A DNA stretch of 64,000 nt from Antedon mediterranea (taxonomy: Eukaryota > Animalia > Echinodermata), in assembly GCF_964355755.1 (NCBI RefSeq), contig NC_092673.1, positions 35,275,648 to 35,339,647 on the forward strand, in the 5' to 3' direction. A program made the translations under genes and the position numbers. Below the pieces are notes generated by a model. It had not been told where the DNA came from. It made no database searches and saw only the letters and a list, made by a program, of their open reading frames with translations. Shown one piece after another: positions 53,101 to 64,000 of this stretch (positions within the stretch are counted from its first letter, which is position 1; every line of letters begins with the position of its first letter).

Positions 53101-56100
53101 ATCAATATTTTTCAAAGTTTCAATTTTTCTACTCACTAAAATTTCCTCTATAATAATCCAGTTTTTGGTTATCTGAAAAACAATTAAAAACAAAATCAAT
53201 AATTTTTTTCAAAAAAACATTTTAATGTTATGGTGTATTCTTACATATCATCTACAGGGTTCTACTATAACTTCTTTTTTTTTTTAAATTGTATTTTATT
53301 TCATAACCTACCTAAATGAATAATATCAGTACAAACGTCATCTAAAAATTGTTGATCGTGAGAAACTACAAGAAGCGTTTTCTTCCAATTCTGTAAATAA
53401 CTGAAAAGGTATTGTAAAATTACAAAATAACACTAGTTGACACTCCAAATATCTAAAAACTATAAAAGAAACTATTTTTAAAAATCGGAAAAACAAAAAC
53501 TTTACTTTACAGTACACCACATTATTATAGTTCTGAAAAGAACTGTTGAGTTTCTTGATGCTTGATAATCCTGAAATATGATCACGATCGAATATCATGG
53601 TGTACCACAAACTTTATACCCTACTTTATTGATTTCGTCATGTGAACAATTTTATTTTACCACTAATACATTCGGAATACTAGAAAATGTGTATAGTGGT
53701 ACCTACTTATCTAACCAAATAACGGCATTGAGATCTAAATGATTGGTAGGCTCATCTAAAAGTAGCAAGGTTGGTTCTAAGAATAGCGCCCTCGCCAACG
53801 ATACTCTCATCCTCCATCCTCCAGAGAAGTGTTTGGTCGCCCTCATCTGCATCTCTTGCGTGAACTGTAAACCGGACAGGATACGCCTTGCTCGTGATTC
53901 TGCTGAGTCTGCACCAATAGCAATCATTTCTTCATAAACCTGGTGATGTTACAAAATCGTTGGAAAATCAACATTGCTTTAAATCGCAAGTAGAAAGTGT
54001 TTGATTACTATGTAGCACAATGGAACAGAAAGTTAACTAAGCATGACGTTTATATGATGATTTTTAAAATGTGTTATGAATTCTGGGAAAGGTAAATAAA
54101 AAAGTGTAATGACATTTTACAAAAATGAACCTTAAGCCTTCTTACTATCAAATTTTATGTGACAAAATGTGATTTGCCCATATATGGACATGATGATGTC
54201 ATATCACTACCACATTTGGGCATATCACTACCATATTAGGGCACATCACACTTTTTTTGTCAAACTACAGTAGGGTAGACAGAGCTTTAGGGATCTTGTC
54301 AAACTTATCCTACTGCACTTCTTACATTTTTTCAAGATTAAACAGAATATAATTACTGCTGTAGAATTATTATGGTCCTTAAGCTACTGTGTCAATAGTA
54401 GCTTAGGGATTTAATTACATTTTTTAAATACATATTTTAGTGGTATTTTACCTGTTTTAGTCTCTCACTATTTGTATTATTCCCAGCTTCAGATTCTGCA
54501 AGTAACTTCTTTTCCTAATACACACAAATATACAAATAAATATATATAATTTGGGTACAGTAATTAGGACACCCCTATTATGAGAACACTATCATATGAA
54601 ACCACAGGGATAATATATTTTTTATCAACAGGTACGTTTCTAAAGCTTAGTTTTTTATGAAGAATGTGTGTGCTTGGTTGCAATATTGATATTTATTTAT
54701 ATAGTAATAAATTTGAATGCAATATTTACCTCTTCTATAAGAGCTAATCTTTTTTTGTCAGAATTTAAAACTGCTTCAAATGCAGGCGTGTCATCAGCTT
54801 TTACATCTTTAAAGAAAATAACATGATTGTATGTATACCGTGAATCCTTCTGCTGCTTCAAAATTAATTCAATTTTAATAACACTATATATTCTCTGTTG
54901 TATCTCCACATATTTGTACAGTATAATAGGCAAACTGAGTGTCACATATGTATCACATGTGATACCTGTATCATAGGCAAATTGAGTATAACATGTGTAG
55001 CACATGTGACACCTGTATCATAGGCAAATTGAGTATCACATATGTATCACATGTGACACCTGTATCATAGGCCAAAAACAATAACATAGTACAGGCACCA
55101 CATGTGACACTGTATTACCGAATTTGCCTTTGATACTGAACAAATTATACACAGTACCAAGAAACAGTATATATACATATGTTCATGATGCTTATGAGAG
55201 AATGTTGTTACTAGATTTTAAGATTTTGTGAACACGCACCAATTTGTGTGCGCCCATGATCAGTGGTGTAACTCAGTGGGCCCCTGCTTTAGGGACCTAA
55301 ATGGCCTCCCAACGCTGGAGGATGACAACAAATGGCTACAACTACGTTTTAAATGGTTTTGTTTAATCAGTTTTACCTTGTTCACAAAGAAGAACATCAA
55401 TGTTTGGCGGTATAGCCAACGCTCGTTGGGCAATGTGACAAAGCAGTGTAGTTTTACCCATTCTACAAAGAAAAATAAACTGTACCATAATGTCATATAT
55501 TCATTATTGTTTAAAATCTATATTCAGAATGTATAGATCTATTATATGATATCATTGATTATATAATTTGGTCAATCAAGTTAAGGTCATATAAGTATTT
55601 GTGTTTTATTTTATTTTTATTTTATTCAATTTCCAGGTAACATACAAAAATCATAAACAAGGTACGGCATCATTCAACAAAACAGAACAAAAGTACTATC
55701 AGCACCTGCGGGTAACCAAAAGTGGATCAGTTCAAAAGAACTGCACTGTCGAGTGGCTTTCCCAACTAATAGTACGAAAAACGCAATAGACATAAAAACA
55801 CAGTGATAGTCTAGATGAATTCGATATCAGTAATACATTTTTTCAAATCCCTTCTAAACCCCCCAAAGTTAAACAGGACTTTGTTACGAACTTCATGCGG
55901 GATACATTCCCATATTCGAGGGAAATTAACAAACAGGGAGTATTCTGACCTATTTTATCATATTCTGATGTTGTGGTTTCCATAACAAAAGTGATCAAAC
56001 TGATGGGGTTGTTAGCCGAATGCAGTGATGAGCAACAAGGGGCTGAAAGTGGACCAGCACACTGGGTCTACTAGAGCCCTACTCTTTTCAAAATATGTAC

Positions 56101-59100
56101 ATAAGTCACAATCATGTGATGCACAGGACCTCAAGTTAAAAGTCCGAGAAGACTTGTTCTACCATCAGAACTATGGTCGAAGAAAGTCTTCAAGCTGTGC
56201 CTATATTATTGCCTTGGTTTTCAGCACCCCTATCTAAACTGCTCGGCCACTAAACTCGACTGTGATTATTTACTAGTATCTACTTGTTTTTTTTATAATG
56301 GTCAATTCATTTAGCTTACCCATTCGGTCCAACCAGGCCATATCGTCTACCAGCTGCTATCGTCAAGTTGGCATTTACAAACAGTTCTTTACCGCGAGCA
56401 GAAATTGAGAAATTTGAAACCTACAAAAAATATTATTGTAATTACATGAAGACAACCAACCTAAACTCTCTAAAGCTTTTCTCACAGGCGTGCCAGCAAA
56501 CAATCTTGTGAGAAAAGGGTTAGTGGTTAAGACTACCTAGTTGATGATAATATAATTACCGTACTGACGCGGGTATAAGCCCATACTCGGGTATAAGCCC
56601 ACCCCCGACTTTTGACTAATTTTCATGAAAAATGAGGCACTCGGGTATAAGCCCACCCATTAATTCGAAGATCTACAGTGTGTGTCGTAATACATTATTT
56701 TGTATTTGGCGACGTCCATACACCGAATACACCTACCTTTGATCATAACCAAGCTAGGCTAATATACGCTAGGCCATATGAGGCCTAGCGGTCCTGTTTT
56801 GTTTACACTCCATCGCGGTCGAAGATCGCTTCACACACGACGCTACATACAAGTCGCCAAAACGGAAAACCACTATTTGGTATCGGCTGCCATAAACAAG
56901 CTTATTAAATTTCTTTGGTACATTTCTATTTAACGAACATTGTACACTTGCTTTTTGCTTGATAAAATCTTGTTCAATTGATGTTTAAAATAAGATATTC
57001 TACGATAAATTACACTAACTAGGCTATAAGCTTAATTTTCCGACACTCTACACCTCGTGTATTTAGAGGCAACGTCGTACACGTGAGGGCGCTCGCTCGC
57101 ATGGTGGAAATACACAGTGTACATGTGCTGTTTTTGACGATCTGCATTTTTGGATCCTCGGGTATAAGCCCACCCCCAAACTTGACGTGATTTCATGTTC
57201 GAGGGGGGTGGGCTTATACCCGCGTCAGTACGGTATACTTCTTGCCAAATTATGAATGATAAAGTGAGCTCTAATTATATAATCTGTTGAAAGAATTGTC
57301 TCAAAGGTGGGGGTGGAGGTACATTGTCATGAGCTACAGTAGGCTAGATTGAAAAGTGCACTTCAGGAAAAAGGGGAAGGCGGGATGATTGCCAAACTCT
57401 ACTTGGCAATAGGTCAAAGGGCATCATAATCTCAGATCATTATAATCATACACAGTGAATACCTTGATATCAGTGGCATTTTCAAGCATGGCTCCTTTTG
57501 CTGTTGTTTCTCGTTGAGATACAGAAAAGTTGGATGTCAATGTCATTTCTTCTAACTGTTGATTTAGTTGTGCCTATTATGAAAGAAAAGCAAACAGTTA
57601 AAATTGAATGATACCATTTCCTATAACTGTTGATTTAGTTATGACATAAAAACAGTTAAACATAGTTACAGTTAAAATTGGATGATACCATTTCTTGTAA
57701 CTGTTGATTTAGTTTATGCCAATCTTCATAATGTTTTGATACAACACAATAGAGATAAACTCACCTTTTGGCGTTCTCTTCTTTCCTCCTTTCGAGTCTT
57801 CTTTTTCTTTTCTATAAAAAACAGTAACAGTAATTATAAACTCAATCATGCAGATATAGTATTATTGAGTTTGATGAAAGAAGTGATGGCAAACATGTTT
57901 ACTGATGGGATAAATTGGCTTGTTTGTAAAGATTATTACTGTAAAAAAAATATGGGAATGGTACAAACAATGAGCATAGTAGAACCCTCCATTGGGACAC
58001 CCTAAAACTTTCCCCCATTAAACGACGACAAGAGGAAATGTTTGAACACCACAGCTAATATGTTTTAATGTTTTTAACACTGTGCTCTTAGCTATGTTAT
58101 GTGTTCCCTGCCAACTTGTTTTTTTTGTTCTGTATGTTTTTGGCAATAAAGCATATGGGCACACTGAATATGTCTCCTTAATAGGGTTCTATTGTCCTAT
58201 TAAACCTAAATGTAGTGCATACCCCCTTTGGCCCCCTTCTCTTGCTCATCTTTATTAAACCTAAATGTAGTGCATACCCCCTTTGGCCCCCTTCTCTGGC
58301 TCATCTTTATTAAACCTAAATGTAGTGCATACCCCCTTTGGCCCCCTTCTCTGGCTCATCTTTCTTTTCATCATTTTTCTCTGGTGTACTGTCTGTTTTT
58401 TCTTCTACATTTTTTTCATTTTCTTCATTGTCTTCTTCTTCTGGCATTTCATCTTCCATATCCCCTAACAGTGCAAATCCCCCACCTATAAAATAAACAA
58501 TAAATCAAGTCAGGTTTACAAAAGAAAGTTTTGCAAGACATTCAGAATGTAATAGCGATGTTAAAACTGGGTCCGTTCCGTTCTCTCATGATGCATTAAA
58601 TTTCTTTTTAACTGTGGAAAAAAGCTATAAGCAGTTTATTGTCTACAAACATGAATTATGAAAATATGCTAACTTGTGCGTGTATATTAATATTTCTATC
58701 AATGTAATTGTGCTGGGAGACTGTAGAGTGTCTTCAACTCATCCGAATTTCAACATAGCACTCATCAGCTGGGTACCTGAAAATAGTGTTTTATTTTTTA
58801 ACTTTTTGACACCCAACCTGTCAATAGACTTTTGACTAATTTCATCATGAACACACTGTGTGTTTGTTTTATGTTTGTTCATTACTTAAATTTGTCCTAT
58901 TGCACACAGAGGACGAGTTAATGACCAGAATTGTCATGAGAAGCTTTTAACCTACTCCTACAGTCAATTCTATGAGCTTTAAGCAATCAAACTCCCGCTC
59001 TGGGGCACGTATTTTGCTTATACATAATAAGAACAAGGAGTGGAGCTGTAGCTTGGTGGTTAACATGCTTGCCTTCCAATCCCAAGGTCCCGGGTTCAAT

Positions 59101-60792
59101 CCTGACTTAGTGCAGGGTTGTAACTCATGACTCTTTTAACTCCACTCCCTAAGCCTCAAATGAGACTTAGTTTATAAGCACGATAAATTATTAAATAGTT
59201 TATCCATCCTGTAATTGGCGAGTTACTCGCTGTTGGATGAGTATGAAAAAAAAAAAATAAATAAAAAAAATAAAAAAAAATAAATAAAATAAAAAAAAAA
59301 AAAAAAAAACAAATAAAAAAAAAAAAAAAACAAGTTCTATGGGTTCAAATTTGAGTAACAATTTAAGCACCTTTGCTCTTGTTGGAGGATGCTGGTACAT
59401 AGTCTTCATCCTCTTCATCATCCTCATCTTGTAAAGCAAGTTTGTCTAACTGAGTTTCAATCTTATTGTCATCATCACTATCTTCATTCTGTTTTGCTGA
59501 TTTTCCCTTCTTTCCTTTTTTATCTTTCTTTTTCTCTGAAAATATATTTTATAAAAGAACAACATTTTATGTATCTTAGGGCTACTACTATAAAAATTGA
59601 CATAATTTACAAATGTTATTTGGCATATACTGTATATGAGAATGTTTAAAACAACACACAGACATTCTGACAGTGACAGTACAACATTTAAAAATAAAAG
59701 TACGTAATAAATTTATTAAATTCAAAACATTATTAAAAAAATCAATTACTAATTAGCACCTCAAATTATAATATTAATTAATAATAATAATTAATATTAG
59801 GTATTTTATCAATGACAAATAGGCCTAGGGGCATCGCCATATAGGCCTAGGCCTACTAACAGTGGTCACAGTGCATTTCGGCCGCCAATCATTTCGGCCG
59901 CCGGTTATGGAACGACCAAATTCATGAAACTCCAAAAAGGACAAAATATGGCATGATCATTTCGGCCGCCAGGTATGGCGCGCCAAATTGAAATATCCAG
60001 AAATAACTGTACAGTATTACAGTGAAAAAAAAGTAACTTTATCAAGTCTATGGAACGCCACAGAGAACTATGGTCATTTAAACTAGACATCAGTTGTGCA
60101 ATGGGCTAAATACATTTTGTTTTTGCCGAAGATTTAAAGTTATATTAGTTACCGTATTTTACCGTCTGAATATTTTGGTCAATGTTTATTTTTGCGTTTA
60201 ATGTTTAATGTGCACGCTATACTGTAAATATCGCTGCTGTTTCTGAAATTGAAGACCGCCGATTCGGCTTAATACAGTATTTAGTAAAATATCAACATTT
60301 TAACACACATGGCGTGTCATACATATTCAAGAATAATTACAATTCTGGCGGCCGAAATTAACAATACATATTTTGTCCTTTTTGGCGTTTCATGAATTTG
60401 GCAATTTCATAACCGGCGGCCGAAATGACTGGCGGCCGAAATGATCAGACACCCTAGCCCTATAGGCCTAGCCTAATATAGAATTTTTTTTTTAAATATT
60501 TACTTGGTCTGTATTTCAGAATAAAAATATATAATTCAAATTAGCTAGGCCTAGCCTAGTCAGTACACCAAGCAAAGTCTGACCCTAACTAGGCCTAGGC
60601 CTAGATAGGATATTACTGGTTTCAGTTTAGGAGTTAGTTTTTAGGTAGGCCTATCACACCTCGTTTCTTGGCTTTCCCTGCATCGGCGTTGGCCTTCGTA
60701 ACTTCGTCATTCTGTTCTACAGCAACATCAGCATCTAGACCTGCTTCCTCATCATCACCTCTTTGTTTTTTATTTCCCTTTTTACGTGGCAT
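50144..60792 (-). CDS. ABCF1: ATP-binding cassette sub-family F member 1 (ABC50), about 19 exons
   Basis: Lys/Glu-rich N-terminal exons 60660-60792, 59371-59535, 58333-58485, 57765-57811 and 57463-57573. First ABC domain: 56320-56420 (LVGPNG), 55377-55462 (GKTTLL), 54730-54806, 54452-54514, about 53708-53939 ([16 protein letters not shown]...[12 protein letters not shown]). Linker 52535-52822 ([23 protein letters not shown]). Second ABC domain exons at about 52203-52273, 51809-51880 (GPNGVGKST), 51198-51302, 50727-50889 (LSGGQKARV), 50440-50512 and 50144-50328 (VSHDARLI). Confidence 0.96.
51646..51778. mobile_element. MITE family A copy
   Basis: aagctctgtctacactat ... tttgatagtgtagaca with the same core. 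Confidence 0.8.
52372..52516. mobile_element. MITE family A copy (reverse orientation)
   Basis: aagctctgtct ... agtttgatagtgtagacagagctt with two core units. Confidence 0.8.
54130..54289. mobile_element. MITE family A copy (reverse orientation, degenerate)
   Basis: Core catatcactaccatatt repeats and a gtagacagagcttt end. Confidence 0.72.
55960..56260 (-). mobile_element. SINE-like element (tRNA A-box head plus Deu-like segment)
   Basis: The reverse complement starts gagtttagtggccgagcagtttag and contains tttgaaaagagtagggctctagtagacccagtgtgctggtcc, similar to 2510-2550. Confidence 0.45.
56559..57233. mobile_element. Tc1/pogo-type MITE with TA TSD
   Basis: TA-ccgtactgacgcgggtataagccca ... tgggcttatacccgcgtcagtacgg-TA perfect TIR, with internal cgggtataagcccacc reiterations. 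Confidence 0.9.
59042..59200 (+). mobile_element. tRNA(Gly-TCC-like)-derived SINE in ABCF1 intron
   Basis: A box tagcttggtggt, cttccaa anticodon-like loop, B box ggttcaatcc, broken acceptor stem, non-tRNA tail. A second copy lies at about 6030-6094. Confidence 0.65.
59870..60453. mobile_element. MITE with long TIRs carrying catttcggccgcc repeats in ABCF1 intron 1
   Basis: catttcggccgccaatcatttcggccgccggttatg...caaattcatgaaac..caaaaaggacaaaatatg is mirrored at 60367-60445. Confidence 0.82.
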
Positions 60793-61399
60793 TTTCCGTT
60801 TGTTTTTAATTACAAAAACATCAAATACAATGCGTGCTTCTCAATGAGTCAATATGGATGTTCCAGCAGTTCATAACCAGATTATTTTATTCGACGATCG
60901 AGCATTCTCTACTTCTACGGAGCGCCATTTATGCCTTATGCCTTTATTCAAAATATAAATAGTACTACGGTAACTGGTTCAGTGGACCAAATTTGGCACC
61001 ACCAGTGGAGCACAGTGATATAAAATAGAAATAAGTCACTAATTTTAATATCTTTTCGTATGTTAATACACTGTATAAAAGTATATAGTTTGACAGTGCA
61101 TCTTTTTTTTTTAATTTTTAAAGATGTCATCATTGTAAAAAATTATAATTCATTGCGGTATGTAATAATCTATATATCTGCACCAAAGTGGTTACTGCAT
61201 AGAAAATACACAGAAGAATCTTTCTACAACTGTTAGTCAGTTGTGAATGGCTCGGTGATTTATAATGTCTTCATTATTATGTAACAAATGTGGTTTATAT
61301 ATTAACCCACCATATTATATTATGTTTTTATTCACTAATTGTGTACAATGACTGTAGTAGCCAAATGATGTATATAGTATTGGTGCTCTTTCTTTGGCT

Positions 61400-64000
61400 A
61401 CGGTACCCTAGGGGGAAAAGAGCGTTTTAAACCAGCCACAAACACCTATACACAAGGCTGTGGTAGGCGTAAGTTGATTGGTGGAATGTGACTATTTATT
61501 ACGTTTAATCATGTGACACGTCATCATATCAAGGCGGTCATTATAATGTGTGCGCATTGTCCGCGTTCGTTTAAAAGGTGCGGACATGGACTATGTAGGC
61601 CAATAGAATATGGATATCCGTTGATTGGTGGAATGTTTGTGAATATTTGAAGACGTTTGTCATGTGACAAGTCTTCATAACGAGGCTGTCATTCACAGGC
61701 GTTTACGTACGCAGTGACGGTGTGGGTTTATACTCAAGTCAAATCAACAAGTGTATGTGACACGTCTTCATAACCAGGCTGTCATCACAATGTGTACGCA
61801 ATTACCTACTACATACAGAAAATGTGTAATATTTTATATTATACAATTATTACAGGTTTCAGGTGATGTATTATTTCTTAGAATGACTTCCAAGGAATTG
61901 TAATAAAAGTTTTTACGAGATAATAAAAGAAGAGAATTGATGAATTATTATTTTAAAAGTATTTTTACATCGATTAAGCCTATTTGAATACCTACCGGTA
62001 TGGTACCATACATGTTCGACAATACAATCTCTCTTTAAAAAAAAACAATATTCATAAAAAAAAAAAAAAAACACGTCGAGGTTCGAACCCCAGCCGATAG
62101 CACTCAAAACTGAGCATTACCCGTTACGCCACCAAGTACATGAGTGAAAAGCTGATAATAGTCTATTTATACGTGTATTACGTAATTGATCATTACGTCA
62201 TAAATATCCTATTAACCTTGCTAAAACCAAAATGATCAGTTAGCTCAGTCGTCTGAGCGTCGTGTTAACACACGTATGTCGTGGGTTCGATTCCCAAGCT
62301 GGTCGGTGGAATAGAGTTAAGGCTATGCGAGCCACTGTGTTTGGGGTTCACAGATCATACGTCCACCACACATCATGAGGCGAAAACATCAATGCATCTG
62401 GTGATGTGGTGGAAACGACCCCAAAAGGCTGTGGCAGGGCCTTAGTGCTGAGGCAGGGAGAGCACATTTACCATCTTTTTTTTTGGCTCTCGCCAACTGC
62501 TTTGATGGTTTAAATTTTATGTTTAGCGCCCTCAATTTATTTTAATGTAAAAAAAGGGAATTAATTCTCTTCGTTACGTGTTTAGAAGAGAATTAATTTT
62601 ATCTTATCGTAGTTTGGTATGCCGTGCGTTTGTTATGCAAATGAGTGTGCACATGTGCTGTGGGAAAGATGGTATTGTTAGTTATTCGCGATCAACACAC
62701 AACACTTTTCAATTTTTATTTTGTTAATCTTTTACATTAGAATTGTAATTCTACCGTTACACATTATAGTGTATTTTTAAATATCCGTTTCATGCAAGAT
62801 ATTGTATTATAGGCCTACTAATATGTTGTGAATAAAAGTTTTAAATTTTTTTTAAGCAGATCTTCGAAATTGAAGCATATGTGATGAAGTCGAGTTTTTT
62901 TAAAACCCAACCTAAAATTCGCATCTGGATAGTTGAAATTTAACATTATAATTATCAAAGCTGATAATTGTTATTGTTTTCTAAATTATAGAAATATTAA
63001 AATTAGTAAGCAGGCTTTTGTGCGCTAGCTCTGTTTGTATTTCATAATTTTGTTTTGTTGAATTACTGTCACGGACGGCCGCGTGCATTGCATGTCTCAC
63101 ACTTGGGTAACAATCACCATTGTATGGCCGGCTGGTCGTTTCATAATTTCCGGGGACTAAGCTTTCATTCTTAGCTCTGCCCCAACCATGGTGAGCTTAA
63201 CTGGAGACTTAATAAATATTTAATTTCATATTTCAATAAATATTTTTTCCAAAATTGTCTTTGCTCAGCCCCAATCGTGGTGGGGTAGTGAAGACTCTTA
63301 TATGTCATGTTTCAAAATACTATAGGTGTCATTTCTGGGGACCTTGTAGCTATTTTAAACAGTTTGGTAAGCCCTGCGTTGTTATGCAAATGAGTTTGTG
63401 CAGGTGTAATGGGGAAGATGGTGTTGTTAGTCCTACGCGGTGAACACGCCACAAAATTAAATTTAAAAGTTAAATTTTGATTTTGTTAATCTTTATTAGA
63501 AATTCAAATCATGTAAAGATACAATTTTCCGGGCGGGAATCTAGAAACTCCCCTCCTTTAGTTTACAACAGTAATCTTGAAAAGAACCCCATGTGGAAAA
63601 TAAGCTTATCCGTTGGAAAGAAGCCATCGTACCCAAGAGTACTACAAAATTAGGAACATTCGGGGTGTTATGGTGTCTATTTAATAGAAAAATGAATGCC
63701 ATACACTTTTGTTTATGATTTAAGGTCCACTTGCCTAGGCCTGACATTTTCAACCCTCCAAATATCTCTCTTAAAAAAAAACAATATTTATAAAAAAAAT
63801 ATCTGTAGAGGTTCGAACCCTAGGTGATACTACTCAAAACTGAGCATTACCCGTTGCACCACAAACTGACACATGACTGAACAGCTGTCTATTTATACGT
63901 GTATTACGTAATTCATCATTACATCATAAATATCCTATCAACCTTGATAAAATCAAAATGATCAGTTAGCTCAGTCGCCTTTATTGTCTTTGCTCAGCCC
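61400..64000. repeat. Composite repeat region upstream of ABCF1
   Basis: Internal triplicate catgtgacacgtc-tcata (61510, 61660, 61755). 62030-62252 is duplicated at about 63765-63978, 62612-62730 at about 63362-63500, and ttgtctttgctcagccc occurs at 63255 and 63984. Confidence 0.7.
62234..62305 (+). pseudogene. tRNA-like sequence (pseudo-tRNA inside a larger repeat)
   Basis: Acceptor gatcagt/gctggtc, D stem gctc/gagc and T loop ttcgatt are present, but the anticodon loop is only 6 nt (ttaaca) and the T stem has a mismatch. A partial copy lies at about 63960-63978. Confidence 0.55.

Noticed and set aside
59042-59112. Functional tRNA-Gly gene
   Set aside because: The acceptor and anticodon stems do not pair, and a diverged second copy at about 6030 indicates a SINE.
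62600-63760. snRNA gene cluster suggested by octamer ATGCAAAT motifs
   Set aside because: I could not recognise any U1-U7 coding sequence or Sm site downstream. An Rfam scan would settle it.

Overview
AT-rich, intron-dense metazoan DNA, most likely a marine invertebrate (a deuterostome such as an echinoderm is my inference from the SINE content and the SelJ-family gene). It is not prokaryotic: no operons or CRISPR arrays. Six spliced protein-coding genes can be reconstructed. (1) The 5' part of GPSM1/2 (LGN/Pins, minus strand), running off the left edge. (2) XAB2/SYF1 (plus, about 20 exons), head-to-head with GPSM. (3) An uncharacterised 10-exon gene (minus) with an atypical GATA-like C4 finger, two Cys-rich modules and a Gln-rich tail. 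(4) A J1-crystallin/selenoprotein-J family ADP-ribosylglycohydrolase (plus) with Cys at the position where fish SelJ has Sec. (5) CACYBP/SIP (minus). (6) ABCF1 (minus). Non-coding space holds many MITEs, tRNA-, Deu- and 5S-derived SINEs, a Helentron-type element, minisatellites, and a 3.7-kb TAG...CTA TIR element with a 3-bp TSD (Academ-like) carrying a decayed unknown ORF. The best leads are the uncharacterised finger gene, the Academ-like cargo, the Cys-for-Sec SelJ homolog, a recurrent pattern of tandem duplications across splice sites, and a high density of TA-flanked motifs resembling transposon excision scars. Exon boundaries were read by eye and may be off by a few bases.
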